Assembly: GCF_963853765.1 (NCBI RefSeq)
Contig: NC_088858.1
Span: 16,182,001 to 16,246,000, forward strand
Direction: 5' to 3'
DNA from: Magallana gigas
Lineage: Eukaryota
DNA length: 64,000 bases
Shown here in pieces: positions 1 through 15,000 of this stretch (position 1 is its first letter; each line of letters opens with the position of its first letter). The position numbers and the translations under genes were made by a program. Below the pieces are notes generated by a model. The model ran no database searches. It saw only the letters and a list, made by a program, of their open reading frames with translations, and was not told the origin of the DNA.

Positions 1-3000
1 AACCAGTTGATAATTTTAATTAACTATTTTTATGTAAGGGTTTCCAAGTGATCAAGTTTTGAATTGATATGTAATATACGGACACTAGTAGATCTGTAAC
101 AAGCTCTTTGAATGAAGAAATGAGTTATGTGAATCTGTACATGTACTCAACGCCTGTTACGCAATATCCAATTTCAAGGTTACTCATATACTTGAATCAA
201 ATGAAGTCCCATGGGAATTTTACATTTTTTTCACACATTTATCAAACTCTGACTCTGACGATTCGGAAATTATTTTTATTTCCAGGAATCGGATGATATA
301 TACGTTATATAATTGCATGGATATTAACATTTTAGGCAGAAATCATTTCATCTGTAGTACAGTTAAAAGAATTATTAAAAATGTCAACAGCCTATTACTA
401 TTATTATTGGGCATTTTAAAGTATGAAAATTTACCGTCTTAGCGGCGTCTATAGTATGAAAAGTCCCAGTATTAGCGCCGATGGTCGGTCCAACGTTTAT
501 TGTTTAAAGCCAGTTGATGATTCAAATAGATTAACTTTTTTAATGTAAGAGTTTCCAAATGATCAAGTTTCGAATTGATAGGTAATGTCCGCACACTAAT
601 ATTACCGTAAACATCTCTATTATTAAACAAACATATTATGCGAATACGTACATATACAAGGCGGATATTCCGACATCGGATATTTCCTGGCTACTCCGCT
701 ACACATTCTGGAATGTTTTCTTTTTAGACGCGGTTAGGACGGACAAGTTTCATAATGGCGAACATACAACAAACAACATGACAATCGGCGAAATAAACAT
801 GGATGTTGCATGAAGATTTCAGCAAACTGACACTTATTCTTGATGAAAATTGTGTAAGCAATTTGGTGTGTCATGGCATCGTGACGTGTTTGTTGTGACT
901 AAAAATCTAGTATTTGCCTTGTACATGTTTGAACATTCAGAATTCAATAAACATGGTCAATAGAGGGTTAGGATTCATTTTTACTGATACTCAAAGCAAA
1001 TCTATTCTTATTGGAGTTTTGTATTTTGGTAATCACCTTTATCAGTTTTGTCCTTTGAATGAATATACTTCACACGATAATGTCATAAGTTTTGCATAAA
1101 CACCAACGACGTGGGATACTTGTTTCCAGGAATCAGATCATGTATGTGTGACATAATCGCATGCGAAGACAATATTTGGGCAGTTTATGTTCTATTTTGA
1201 ATACAGTATTAAGAATCATAAAAATGTCGACAGCCTAGTATAATTATTATTGACCATTTCAAAGTATGAAAATTTACCGTCTTAGCGGCCTCTAAAGTAT
1301 GAAAACTCCCAGTATTAGCGCCGGTTTTTGACTGAGCGTTTATTGTTAAGAAACCAGTTGATAATTTTAATTAACTATTTTTATGTAAGGGTTTCCAAGT
1401 GATCAAGTTTTGAATTGATATGTAATATACGGACACTAGTAGATCTGTAACAAGCTCTTTGAATGAAGAAATGAGTTATGTGAATCTGTACATGTACTCA
1501 ACGCCTGTTACGCAATATCCAATTTCAAGGTTACTCATATACTTGAATCAAATGAAGTCCCATGGGAATTTTACATTTTTTTCACACATTTATCAAACTC
1601 TGACTCTGACGATTCGGAAATTATTTTTATTTCCAGGAATCGGATGATATATACGTTATATAATTGCATGGATATTAACATTTTAGGCAGAAATCATTTC
1701 ATCTGTAGTACAGTTAAAAGAATTATTAAAAATGTCAACAGCCTATTACTATTATTATTGGGCATTTTAAAGTATGAAAATTTACCGTCTTAGCGGCGTC
1801 TATAGTATGAAAAGTCCCAGTATTAGCGCCGATGGTCGGTCCAACGTTTATTGTTTAAAGCCAGTTGATGATTCAAATAGATTAACTTTTTTAATGTAAG
1901 AGTTTCCAAATGATCAAGTTTCGAATTGATAGGTAATGTCCGCACACTAATATTACCGTAAACATCTCTATTATTAAACAAACATATTATGCGAATACGT
2001 ACATATACAAGGCGGATATTCCGACATCGGATATTTCCTGGCTACTCCGCTACACATTCTGGAATGTTTTCTCTTTAGACGCGGTTAGGACGGACAGGTT
2101 TCACGATTGCGAACAAGACAACAAACAACATGACAATCGGCGAAATAGACATGGATGTTGCATGTAGATTTCAACAAATTGACATTTATTCTTGATGAAA
2201 ATTGTGTAAGCAATTTGGTGTGTCATGGCATCGTGACGTGTTTGTTGTGACTAAAAATCTAGTATTTGCCTTGTACATGTTTGAACATTCAGAATTCCAT
2301 AAACATGGTCAGTAGAGGGTTAGGATGTATACAGTCGTTCAGGGAACAAACAAATATTTAATGCAAAAAACATGACACTACAAATGAACCTATTTCAATA
2401 TTTATTCAGTATAAAGAATTATAGAAAAAGAATCGGCGACCTAATACAATTATTATAATGCATTTTAAAAGATGAACAATTATCGTCTTAACGGCGTCTA
2501 AAGTATGTAAGATACCCGTATAGGCTCCAGATCTTTGGTTTAACGTTTATTCGAATAAACACAGTTAACTCTATTTTTTGTAATAGTTTCCAAAGGGTCA
2601 ATTTTGGAACTGATGTGTTATGTCCGGACACTGATTACACTGTAACAAGCTCTTTAGTTTAACAGAATAGCCAAGTAGTAACGTACACGATCACGGCGCC
2701 CATTCCGATATTACAAGATTCATTTTTCCTGATACTCAAAGCAAATCCATTTTTTATGGAGTTTTGCATTTTGGTAATCACCTTTATCAGTTTTGTCCTT
2801 TGAATGAATATACTCCACACGATAATGTCATAAGTTTTGCATAAACACCAACGACGTGGGATACTTGTTTCCAGGAATCAGATCATGTATGTGTGACATA
2901 ATCGCATGCGAAGACAATATTTGGGCAGTTAATGTTCTATTTTGAATACAGTATTAAGAATCATAAAAATGTCGACAGCCTAGTATAGATATTATTGGCC

Positions 3001-6000
3001 ATTTTAAAGTATGAAAATTTACCGTCTTAGCGGCCTCTAAAGTATGAAAACTAGCAGTATTAGCGCCGGTTTTTGGCTGAGCGTTTATTGTTAAGAAACC
3101 AGTTGATAATTTTAATTAACTATTTTTATGTAAGGGTTTCCAAGTGATCAAGTTTTGAATTGATATGTAATATACGGACACTAGTAGATCTGTAACAAGC
3201 TCTTTGAATGAAGAAATGAGTTATGTGAATCTGTACATGTACTCAACGCCTGTTACGCAATCGCCAATTTCAAGGTTACTCATATACTTGAATCAAATGA
3301 AGTCCCATGGGAATTTTACATATTTTTCACAAATATATCAAACTCTGACTCTGACGATTCGGAAATTATTTTTATTTCCAGGAATCGGATGATATATGCG
3401 TTACATAATTGCATGGATATTAACATTTTAGGCAGATTACATTTCATCTGTAGTACAGTTAAAAGAATTATTAAAAATGTCAACAGCCTATTACTATTAT
3501 TATTGGGCATTTTAAAGTATGAAAATGTACCGTCTTAGCGGCGTCTATAGTATGAAAAGTCCCAGGGTTAGCGCCGATGTTCGGTCCAACGTTTATTGTT
3601 AAAAGCCAGTTGATGATTCAAATAGATTAACTTTTTTAATGTAAGAGTTTCCAAATGATCAAGTTTCGAATTAATAGGTAATGTCCGCATACTAGTATTA
3701 CCGTAAACATCTCTATTATTAAACAGACATATTATGTAAATACGTACATATACAAGGTGGCTATTCCGATATCGGATAATTCCAGGCTACTCCGGTGCTA
3801 ATTCTCGAATGTTTTCTTTTTAGACGCGGTTAGGACGGACAAGTTTCATGATGGCGAACAGACAACAAACAACATGACAATCGGTGAAATAAACATGGAT
3901 GTTGCATAAAGATTTCAGCAAACTGACACTTATTCTTGATGAAAATTGTGTAAGCAATTTGGTGTGTCATGGCATCGTGACGTGTTTGTTGTGACTAAAA
4001 ATCTAGTATTTGCCTTGTACATGTTTGAACATTCAGAATTCAATAAACATGGTCAATAGAGGGTTAGGATTCATTTTTACTGATACTCAAAGCAAATCTA
4101 TTCTTATTGGAGTTTTGTATTTTGGTAATCACCTTTATCAGTTTTGTCCTTTGAATGAATATACTTCACACGATAATGTCATAAGTTTTGCATAAACACC
4201 AACGACGTGGGATACTTGTTTCCAGGAATCAGATCATGTATGTGTGACATAATCGCATGCGAAGACAATATTTGGGCAGTTTATGTTCTATTTTGAATAC
4301 AGTATTAAGAATCATAAAAATGTCGACAGCCTAGTATAATTATTATTGACCATTTCAAAGTATGAAAATTTACCGTCTTAGCGGCCTCTAAAGTATGAAA
4401 ACTCCCAGTATTAGCGCCGGTTTTTGACTGAGCGTTTATTGTTAAGAAACCAGTTGATAATTTTAATTAACTATTTTAATGTAAGGGTTTCCAACTGATC
4501 AAGTTTTGAATTGATATTTAATATACGGACACTAGTAGATCTGTAACAAGCTCTTTGAATGAACAAATAAGTTATGTGAATCTGTACATGTACTCAACGC
4601 CTGTTACGCAATATCCAATTTCAAGGTTACTCATATACTTGAATCAAATGAAGTCCCATGGGAATTTTACATTTTTTTCACACATTTATCAAACTCTGAC
4701 TCTGACGATTCGGAATTTATTTTTATTTCCAGGAATCGGATGATATATACGTTATATAATTGCATGGATATTAACATTTTAGGCAGAAATCATTTCATCT
4801 GTAGTACAGTTAAAAGAATTATTAAAAATGTCAACAGCCTATTACTATTATTATTGGGCATTTTAAAGTATGACAATTTACCGTCTTAGCGGCGTCTATA
4901 GTATGAAAAGTCCCAGTATTAGCGCCGATGGTCGGTCCAACGTTTATTGTTAAAAGCCAGTTGATGATTCAAATAGATTAACTTTTTTAATGTAAGAGTT
5001 TCCAAATGATCAAGTTTCGAATTGATAGGTAATGTCCGCACACTAATATTACCGTAAACATCTCTATTATTAAACAAACATATTATGCGAATACGTACAT
5101 ATACAAGGCGGATATTCCGACATCGGATATTTCCTGGCTACTCCGCTACACATTCTGGAATGTTTTCTCTTTAGACGCGGTTAGGACGGACAGGTTTCAC
5201 GATTGCGAACAAGACAACAAACAACATGACAATCGGCGAAATAGACATGGATGTTGCATGTAGATTTCAACAAATTGACACTTATTCTTGATGAAAATTG
5301 TGTAAGCAATTTGGTGTGTCATGGCATCGTGACGTGTTTGTTGTGACTAAAAATCTAGTATTTGCCTTGTACATGTTTGAACATTCAGAATTCCATAAAC
5401 ATGGTCAGTAGAGGGTTAGGATGTATACAGTCGTTCAGGGAACAAACAAATATTTAATGCAAAAAACATGACACTACAAATGAACCTATTTCAATATTTA
5501 TTCAGTATAAAGAATTATAGAAAAAGAATCGGCGACCTAATACAATTATTATAATGCATTTTAAAAGATGAACAATTATCGTCTTAACGGCGTCTAAAGT
5601 ATGTAAGATACCCGTATAGGCTCCAGATCTTTGGTTTAACGTTTATTCGAATAAACACAGTTAACTCTATTTTTTGTAATAGTTTCCAAAGGGTCAATTT
5701 TGGAACTGATGTGTTATGTCCGGACACTGATTACACTGTAACAAGCTCTTTAGTTTAACAGAATAGCCAAGTAGTAACGTACACGATCAAGGCGCCCATT
5801 CCGATATTACAAGATTCATTTTTCCTGATACTCAAAGCAAATCCATTTTTTATGGAGTTTTGTATTTTGGTAATCACCTTTATCAGTTTTGTCCTTTGAA
5901 TGAATATACTCCACACGATAATGTCATAAGTTTTGCATAAACACCAACGACTTGGGATACTTGTTTCCAGGAATCAGATCATGTATGTGTGACATAATCG

Positions 6001-9000
6001 CATGCGAAGACAATATTTGGGCAGTTAATGTTCTATTTTGAATACAGTATTAAGAATCATAAAAATGTCGACAGCCTAGTATAGTTATTATTGGCCATTT
6101 TAAAGTATGAAAATTTACCGTCTTAGCGGCCTCTAAAGTATGAAAACTAGCAGTATTAGCGCCGGTTTTTGGCTGAGCGTTTATTGTTAAGAAACCAGTT
6201 GATAATTTTAATTAACGATTTTTATGTAAGGGTTTCCAAGTGATCAAGTTTTGAATTGATATGTAATATACGGACACTAGTAGATCTGTAACAAGCTCTT
6301 TGAATGAAGAAATGAGTTATGTGAATCTGTACATGTACTCAACGCCTGTTACGCAATCGCCAATTTCAAGGTTACTCATATACTTGAATCAAATGAAGTC
6401 CCATGGGAATTTTACATATTTTTCACAAATATATCAAACTCTGACTCTGACGATTCGGAAATTATTTTTATTTCCAGGAATCGGATGATATATGCGTTAC
6501 ATAATTGCATGGATATTAACATTTTAGGCAGATTACATTTCATCTGTAGTACAGTTAAAAGAATTATTAAAAATGTCAACAGCCTATTACTATTATTATT
6601 GGGCATTTTAAAGTATGAAAATGTACCGTCTTAGCGGCGTCTATAGTATGAAAAGTCCCAGGATTAGCGCCGATGTTCGGTCCAACGTTTATTGTTAAAA
6701 GCCAGTTGATGATTCAAATAGATTAACTTTTTTAATGTAAGAGTTTCCAAATGATCAAGTTTCGAATTAATAGGTAATGTCCGCATACTAGTATTACCGT
6801 AAACATCTCTATTATTAAACAGACATATTATGTAAATACGTACATATACAAGGTGGCTATTCCGATATCGGATATTTCCAGGCTACTCCGGTGCTAATTC
6901 TCGAATGTTTTCTTTTTAGACGCGGTTAGGACGGACAAGTTTCATGATGGCGAACATACAACAAACAACATGACAATCGGCGAAATAAACATGGATGTTG
7001 CATGAAGATTTCAGCAAACTGACACTTATTCTTGATGAAAATTGTGTAAGCAATTTGGTGTGTCATGGCATCGTGACGTGTTTGTTGTGACTAAAAATCT
7101 AGTATTTGCCTTGTACATGTTTGAACATTCAGAATTCAATAAACATGGTCAATAGAGGGTTAGGATTCATTTTTACTGATACTCAAAGCAAATCTATTCT
7201 TATTGGAGTTTTGTATTTTGGTAATCACCTTTATCAGTTTTGTCCTTTGAATGAATATACTTCACACGATAATGTCATAAGTTTTGCATAAACACCAACG
7301 ACGTGGGATACTTGTTTCCAGGAATCAGATCATGTATGTGTGACATAATCGCATGCGAAGACAATATTTGGGCAGTTTATGTTCTATTTTGAATACAGTA
7401 TTAAGAATCATAAAAATGTCGACAGCCTAGTATAATTATTATTGACCATTTCAAAGTATGAAAATTTACCGTCTTAGCGGCCTCTAAAGTATGAAAACTC
7501 CCAGTATTAGCGCCGGTTTTTGACTGAGCGTTTATTGTTAAGAAACCAGTTGATAATTTTAATTAACTATTTTTATGTAAGGGTTTCCAAGTGATCAAGT
7601 TTTGAATTGATATGTAATATACGGACAGTAGTAGATCTGTAACAAGCTCTTTGAATGAAGAAATGAGTTATGTGAATCTGTACATGTACTCAACGCCTGT
7701 TACGCAATATCCAATTTCAAGGTTACTCATATACTTGAATCAAATGAAGTCCCATGGGAATTTTACATTTTTTTCACACATTTATCAAACTCTGACTCTG
7801 ACGATTCGGAAATTATTTTTATTTCCAGGAATCGGATGATATATACGTTATATAATTGCATGGATATTAACATTTTAGGCAGAAATCATTTCATCTGTAG
7901 TACAGTTAAAAGAATTATTAAAAATGTCAACAGCCTATTACTATTATTATTGGGCATTTTAAAGTATGAAAATTTACCGTCTTAGCGGCGTCTATAGTAT
8001 GAAAAGTCCCAGTATTAGCGCCGATGGTCGGTCCAACGTTTATTGTTAAAAGCCAGTTGATGATTCAAATAGATTAACTTTTTTAATGTAAGAGTTTCCA
8101 AATGATCAAGTTTCGAATTGATAGGTAATGTCCGCACACTAATATTACCGTAAACATCTCTATTATTAAACAAACATATTATGCGAATACGTACATATAC
8201 AAGGCGGATATTCCGACATCGGATATTTCCTGGCTACTCCGCTACACATTCTGGAATGTTTTCTCTTTAGACGCGGTTAGGACGGACAGGTTTCACGATT
8301 GCGAACAAGACAACAAACAACATGACAATCGGCGAAATAGACATGGATGTTGCATGTAGATTTCAACAAATTGACATTTATTCTTGATGAAAATTGTGTA
8401 AGCAATTTGGTGTGTCATGGCATCGTGACGTGTTTGTTGTGACTAAAAATCTAGTATTTGCCTTGTACATGTTTGAACATTCAGAATTCCATAAACATGG
8501 TCAGTAGAGGGTTAGGATGTATACAGTCGTTCAGGGAACAAACAAATATTTAATGCAAAAAACATGACACTACAAATGAACCTATTTCAATATTTATTCA
8601 GTATAAAGAATTATAGAAAAAGAATCGGCGACCTAATACAATTATTATAATGCATTTTAAAAGATGAACAATTATCGTCTTAACGGCGTCTAAAGTATGT
8701 AAGATACCCGTATAGGCTCCAGATCTTTGGTTTAACGTTTATTCGAATAAACACAGTTAACTCTATTTTTTGTAATAGTTTCCAAAGGGTCAATTTTGGA
8801 ACTGATGTGTTATGTCCGGACACTGATTACACTGTAACAAGCTCTTTAGTTTAACAGAATAGCCAAGTAGTAACGTACACGATCACGGCGCCCATTCCGA
8901 TATTACAAGATTCATTTTTCCTGATACTCAAAGCAAATCCCTTTTTTATGGAGTTTTGTATTTTGGTAATCACCTTTATCAGTTTTGTCCTTTGAATGAA

Positions 9001-12000
9001 TATACTCCACACGATAATGTCATAAGTTTTGCATAAACACCAACGACTTGGGATACTTGTTTCCAGGAATCAGATCATGTATGTGTGACATAATCGCATG
9101 CGAAGACAATATTTGGGCAGTTAATGTTCTATTTTGAATACAGTATTAAGAATCATAAAAATGTCGACAGCCTAGTATAGTTATTATTGGCCATTTTAAA
9201 GTATGAAAATTTACCGTCTTAGCGGCCTCTAAAGTATGAAAACTAGCAGTATTAGCGCCGGTTTTTGGCTGAGCGTTTATTGTTAAGAAACCAGTTGATA
9301 ATTTTAATTAACGATTTTTATGTAAGGGTTTCCAAGTGATCAAGTTTTGAATTGATATGTAATATACGGACACTAGTAGATCTGTAACAAGCTCTTTGAA
9401 TGAAGAAATGAGTTATGTGAATCTGTACATGTACTCAACGCCTGTTACGCAATCGCCAATTTCAAGGTTACTCATATACTTGAATCAAATGAAGTCCCAT
9501 GGGAATTTTACATATTTTTCACAAATATATCAAACTCTGACTCTGACGATTCGGAAATTATTTTTATATCCAGGAATCGGATGATATATGCGTTACATAA
9601 TTGCATGGATATTAACATTTTAGGCAGATTACATTTCATCTGTAGTACAGTTAAAAGAATTATTAAAAATGTCAACAGCCTATTACTATTATTATTGGGC
9701 ATTTTAAAGTATGAAAATGTACCGTCTTAGCGGCGTCTATAGTATGAAAAGTCCCAGGATTAGCGCCGATGTTCGGTCCAACGTTTATTGTTAAAAGCCA
9801 GTTGATGATTCAAATAGATTAACTTTTTTAATGTAAGAGTTTCCAAATGATCAAGTTTCGAATTAATAGGTAATGTCCGCATACTAGTATTACCGTAAAC
9901 ATCTCTATTATTAAACAGACATATTATGTAAATACGTACATATACAAGGTGGCTATTCCGATATCGGATATTTCCAGGCTACTCCGGTGCTAATTCTCGA
10001 ATGTTTTCTTTTTAGACGCGGTTAGGACGGACAAGTTTCATAATGGCGAACATACAACAAACAACATGACAATCGGCGAAATAAACATGGATGTTGCATG
10101 AAGATTTCAGCAAACTGACACTTATTCTTGATGAAAATTGTGTAAGCAATTTGGTGTGTCATGGCATCGTGACGTGTTTGTTGTGACTAAAAATCTAGTA
10201 TTTGCCTTGTACATGTTTGAACATTCAGAATTCAATAAACATGGTCAATAGAGGGTTAGGATTCATTTTTACTGATACTCAAAGCAAATCTATTCTTATT
10301 GGAGTTTTGTATTTTGGTAATCACCTTTATCAGTTTTGTCCTTTGAATGAATATACTTCACACGATAATGTCATAAGTTTTGCATAAACACCAACGACGT
10401 GGGATACTTGTTTCCAGGAATCAGATCATGTATGTGTGACATAATCGCATGCGAAGACAATATTTGGGCAGTTTATGTTCTATTTTGAATACAGTATTAA
10501 GAATCATAAAAATGTCGACAGCCTAGTATAATTATTATTGACCATTTCAAAGTATGAAAATTTACCGTCTTAGCGGCCTCTAAAGTATGAAAACTCCCAG
10601 TATTAGCGCCGGTTTTTGACTGAGCGTTTATTGTTAAGAAACCAGTTGATAATTTTAATTAACTATTTTTATGTAAGGGTTTCCAAGTGATCAAGTTTTG
10701 AATTGATATGTAATATACGGACACTAGTAGATCTGTAACAAGCTCTTTGAATGAAGAAATGAGTTATGTGAATCTGTACATGTACTCAACGCCTGTTACG
10801 CAATATCCAATTTCAAGGTTACTCATATACTTGAATCAAATGAAGTCCCATGGGAATTTTACATTTTTTTCACACATTTATCAAACTCTGACTCTGACGA
10901 TTCGGAAATTATTTTTATTTCCAGGAATCGGATGATATATACGTTATATAATTGCATGGATATTAACATTTTAGGCAGAAATCATTTCATCTGTAGTACA
11001 GTTAAAAGAATTATTAAAAATGTCAACAGCCTATTACTATTATTATTGGGCATTTTAAAGTATGAAAATTTACCGTCTTAGCGGCGTCTATAGTATGAAA
11101 AGTCCCAGTATTAGCGCCGATGGTCGGTCCAACGTTTATTGTTTAAAGCCAGTTGATGATTCAAATAGATTAACTTTTTTAATGTAAGAGTTTCCAAATG
11201 ATCAAGTTTCGAATTGATAGGTAATGTCCGCACACTAATATTACCGTAAACATCTCTATTATTAAACAAACATATTATGCGAATACGTACATATACAAGG
11301 CGGATATTCCGACATCGGATATTTCCTGGCTACTCCGCTACACATTCTGGAATGTTTTCTTTTTAGACGCGGTTAGGACGGACAAGTTTCATAATGGCGA
11401 ACATACAACAAACAACATGACAATCGGCGAAATAAACATGGATGTTGCATGAAGATTTCAGCAAACTGACACTTATTCTTGATGAAAATTGTGTAAGCAA
11501 TTTGGTGTGTCATGGCATCGTGACGTGTTTGTTGTGACTAAAAATCTAGTATTTGCCTTGTACATGTTTGAACATTCAGAATTCAATAAACATGGTCAAT
11601 AGAGGGTTAGGATTCATTTTTACTGATACTCAAAGCAAATCTATTCTTATTGGAGTTTTGTATTTTGGTAATCACCTTTATCAGTTTTGTCCTTTGAATG
11701 AATATACTTCACACGATAATGTCATAAGTTTTGCATAAACACCAACGACGTGGGATACTTGTTTCCAGGAATCAGATCATGTATGTGTGACATAATCGCA
11801 TGCGAAGACAATATTTGGGCAGTTTATGTTCTATTTTGAATACAGTATTAAGAATCATAAAAATGTCGACAGCCTAGTATAATTATTATTGACCATTTCA
11901 AAGTATGAAAATTTACCGTCTTAGCGGCCTCTAAAGTATGAAAACTCCCAGTATTAGCGCCGGTTTTTGACTGAGCGTTTATTGTTAAGAAACCAGTTGA

Positions 12001-15000
12001 TAATTTTAATTAACTATTTTTATGTAAGGGTTTCCAAGTGATCAAGTTTTGAATTGATATGTAATATACGGACACTAGTAGATCTGTAACAAGCTCTTTG
12101 AATGAAGAAATGAGTTATGTGAATCTGTACATGTACTCAACGCCTGTTACGCAATATCCAATTTCAAGGTTACTCATATACTTGAATCAAATGAAGTCCC
12201 ATGGGAATTTTACATTTTTTTCACACATTTATCAAACTCTGACTCTGACGATTCGGAAATTATTTTTATTTCCAGGAATCGGATGATATATACGTTATAT
12301 AATTGCATGGATATTAACATTTTAGGCAGAAATCATTTCATCTGTAGTACAGTTAAAAGAATTATTAAAAATGTCAACAGCCTATTACTATTATTATTGG
12401 GCATTTTAAAGTATGAAAATTTACCGTCTTAGCGGCGTCTATAGTATGAAAAGTCCCAGTATTAGCGCCGATGGTCGGTCCAACGTTTATTGTTTAAAGC
12501 CAGTTGATGATTCAAATAGATTAACTTTTTTAATGTAAGAGTTTCCAAATGATCAAGTTTCGAATTGATAGGTAATGTCCGCACACTAATATTACCGTAA
12601 ACATCTCTATTATTAAACAAACATATTATGCGAATACGTACATATACAAGGCGGATATTCCGACATCGGATATTTCCTGGCTACTCCGCTACACATTCTG
12701 GAATGTTTTCTCTTTAGACGCGGTTAGGACGGACAGGTTTCACGATTGCGAACAAGACAACAAACAACATGACAATCGGCGAAATAGACATGGATGTTGC
12801 ATGTAGATTTCAACAAATTGACATTTATTCTTGATGAAAATTGTGTAAGCAATTTGGTGTGTCATGGCATCGTGACGTGTTTGTTGTGACTAAAAATCTA
12901 GTATTTGCCTTGTACATGTTTGAACATTCAGAATTCCATAAACATGGTCAGTAAAGGGTTAGGATGTATACAGTCGTTCAGGGAACAAACAAATATTTAA
13001 TGCAAAAAACATGACACTACAAATGAACCTATTTCAATATTTATTCAGTATAAAGAATTATAGAAAAAGAATCGGCGACCTAATACAATTATTATAATGC
13101 ATTTTAAAAGATGAACAATTATCGTCTTAACGGCGTCTAAAGTATGTAAGATACCCGTATAGGCTCCAGATCTTTGGTTTAACGTTTATTCGAATAAACA
13201 CAGTTAACTCTATTTTTTGTAATAGTTTCCAAAGGGTCAATTTTGGAACTGATGTGTTATGTCCGGACACTGATTACACTGTAACAAGCTCTTTAGTTTA
13301 ACAGAATAGCCAAGTAGTAACGTACACGATCACGGCGCCCATTCCGATATTACAAGATTCATTTTTCCTGATACTCAAAGCAAATCCATTTTTTATGGAG
13401 TTTTGCATTTTGGTAATCACCTTTATCAGTTTTGTCCTTTGAATGAATATACTCCACACGATAATGTCATAAGTTTTGCATAAACACCAACGACGTGGGA
13501 TACTTGTTTCCAGGAATCAGATCATGTATGTGTGACATAATCGCATGCGAAGACAATATTTGGGCAGTTAATGTTCTATTTTGAATACAGTATTAAGAAT
13601 CATAAAAATGTCGACAGCCTAGTATAGATATTATTGGCCATTTTAAAGTATGAAAATTTACCGTCTTAGCGGCCTCTAAAGTATGAAAACTAGCAGTATT
13701 AGCGCCGGTTTTTGGCTGAGCGTTTATTGTTAAGAAACCAGTTGATAATTTTAATTAACTATTTTTATGTAAGGGTTTCCAAGTGATCAAGTTTTGAATT
13801 GATATGTAATATACGGACACTAGTAGATCTGTAACAAGCTCTTTGAATGAAGAAATGAGTTATGTGAATCTGTACATGTACTCAACGCCTGTTACGCAAT
13901 CGCCAATTTCAAGGTTACTCATATACTTGAATCAAATGAAGTCCCATGGGAATTTTACATATTTTTCACAAATATATCAAACTCTGACTCTGACGATTCG
14001 GAAATTATTTTTATTTCCAGGAATCGGATGATATATGCGTTACATAATTGCATGGATATTAACATTTTAGGCAGATTACATTTCATCTGTAGTACAGTTA
14101 AAAGAATTATTAAAAATGTCAACAGCCTATTACTATTATTATTGGGCATTTTAAAGTATGAAAATGTACCGTCTTAGCGGCGTCTATAGTATGAAAAGTC
14201 CCAGGATTAGCGCCGATGTTCGGTCCAACGTTTATTGTTAAAAGCCAGTTGATGATTCAAATAGATTAACTTTTTTAATGTAAGAGTTTCCAAATGATCA
14301 AGTTTCGAATTAATAGGTAATGTCCGCATACTAGTATTACCGTAAACATCTCTATTATTAAACAGACATATTATGTAAATACGTACATATACAAGGTGGC
14401 TATTCCGATATCGGATAATTCCAGGCTACTCCGGTGCTAATTCTCGAATGTTTTCTTTTTAGACGCGGTTAGGACGGACAAGTTTCATGATGGCGAACAG
14501 ACAACAAACAACATGACAATCGGTGAAATAAACATGGATGTTGCATAAAGATTTCAGCAAACTGACACTTATTCTTGATGAAAATTGTGTAAGCAATTTG
14601 GTGTGTCATGGCATCGTGACGTGTTTGTTGTGACTAAAAATCTAGTATTTGCCTTGTACATGTTTGAACATTCAGAATTCAATAAACATGGTCAATAGAG
14701 GGTTAGGATTCATTTTTACTGATACTCAAAGCAAATCTATTCTTATTGGAGTTTTGTATTTTGGTAATCACCTTTATCAGTTTTGTCCTTTGAATGAATA
14801 TACTTCACACGATAATGTCATAAGTTTTGCATAAACACCAACGACGTGGGATACTTGTTTCCAGGAATCAGATCATGTATGTGTGACATAATCGCATGCG
14901 AAGACAATATTTGGGCAGTTTATGTTCTATTTTGAATACAGTATTAAGAATCATAAAAATGTCGACAGCCTAGTATAATTATTATTGACCATTTCAAAGT

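Noticed and set aside
3316-3510. Minus-strand frame (MPNNNSNRLL...) as the ancestral coding frame of the satellite
   Set aside because: It shares third positions with the + frame but hits several stops in the A' ancestral segment, where the + frame is open.
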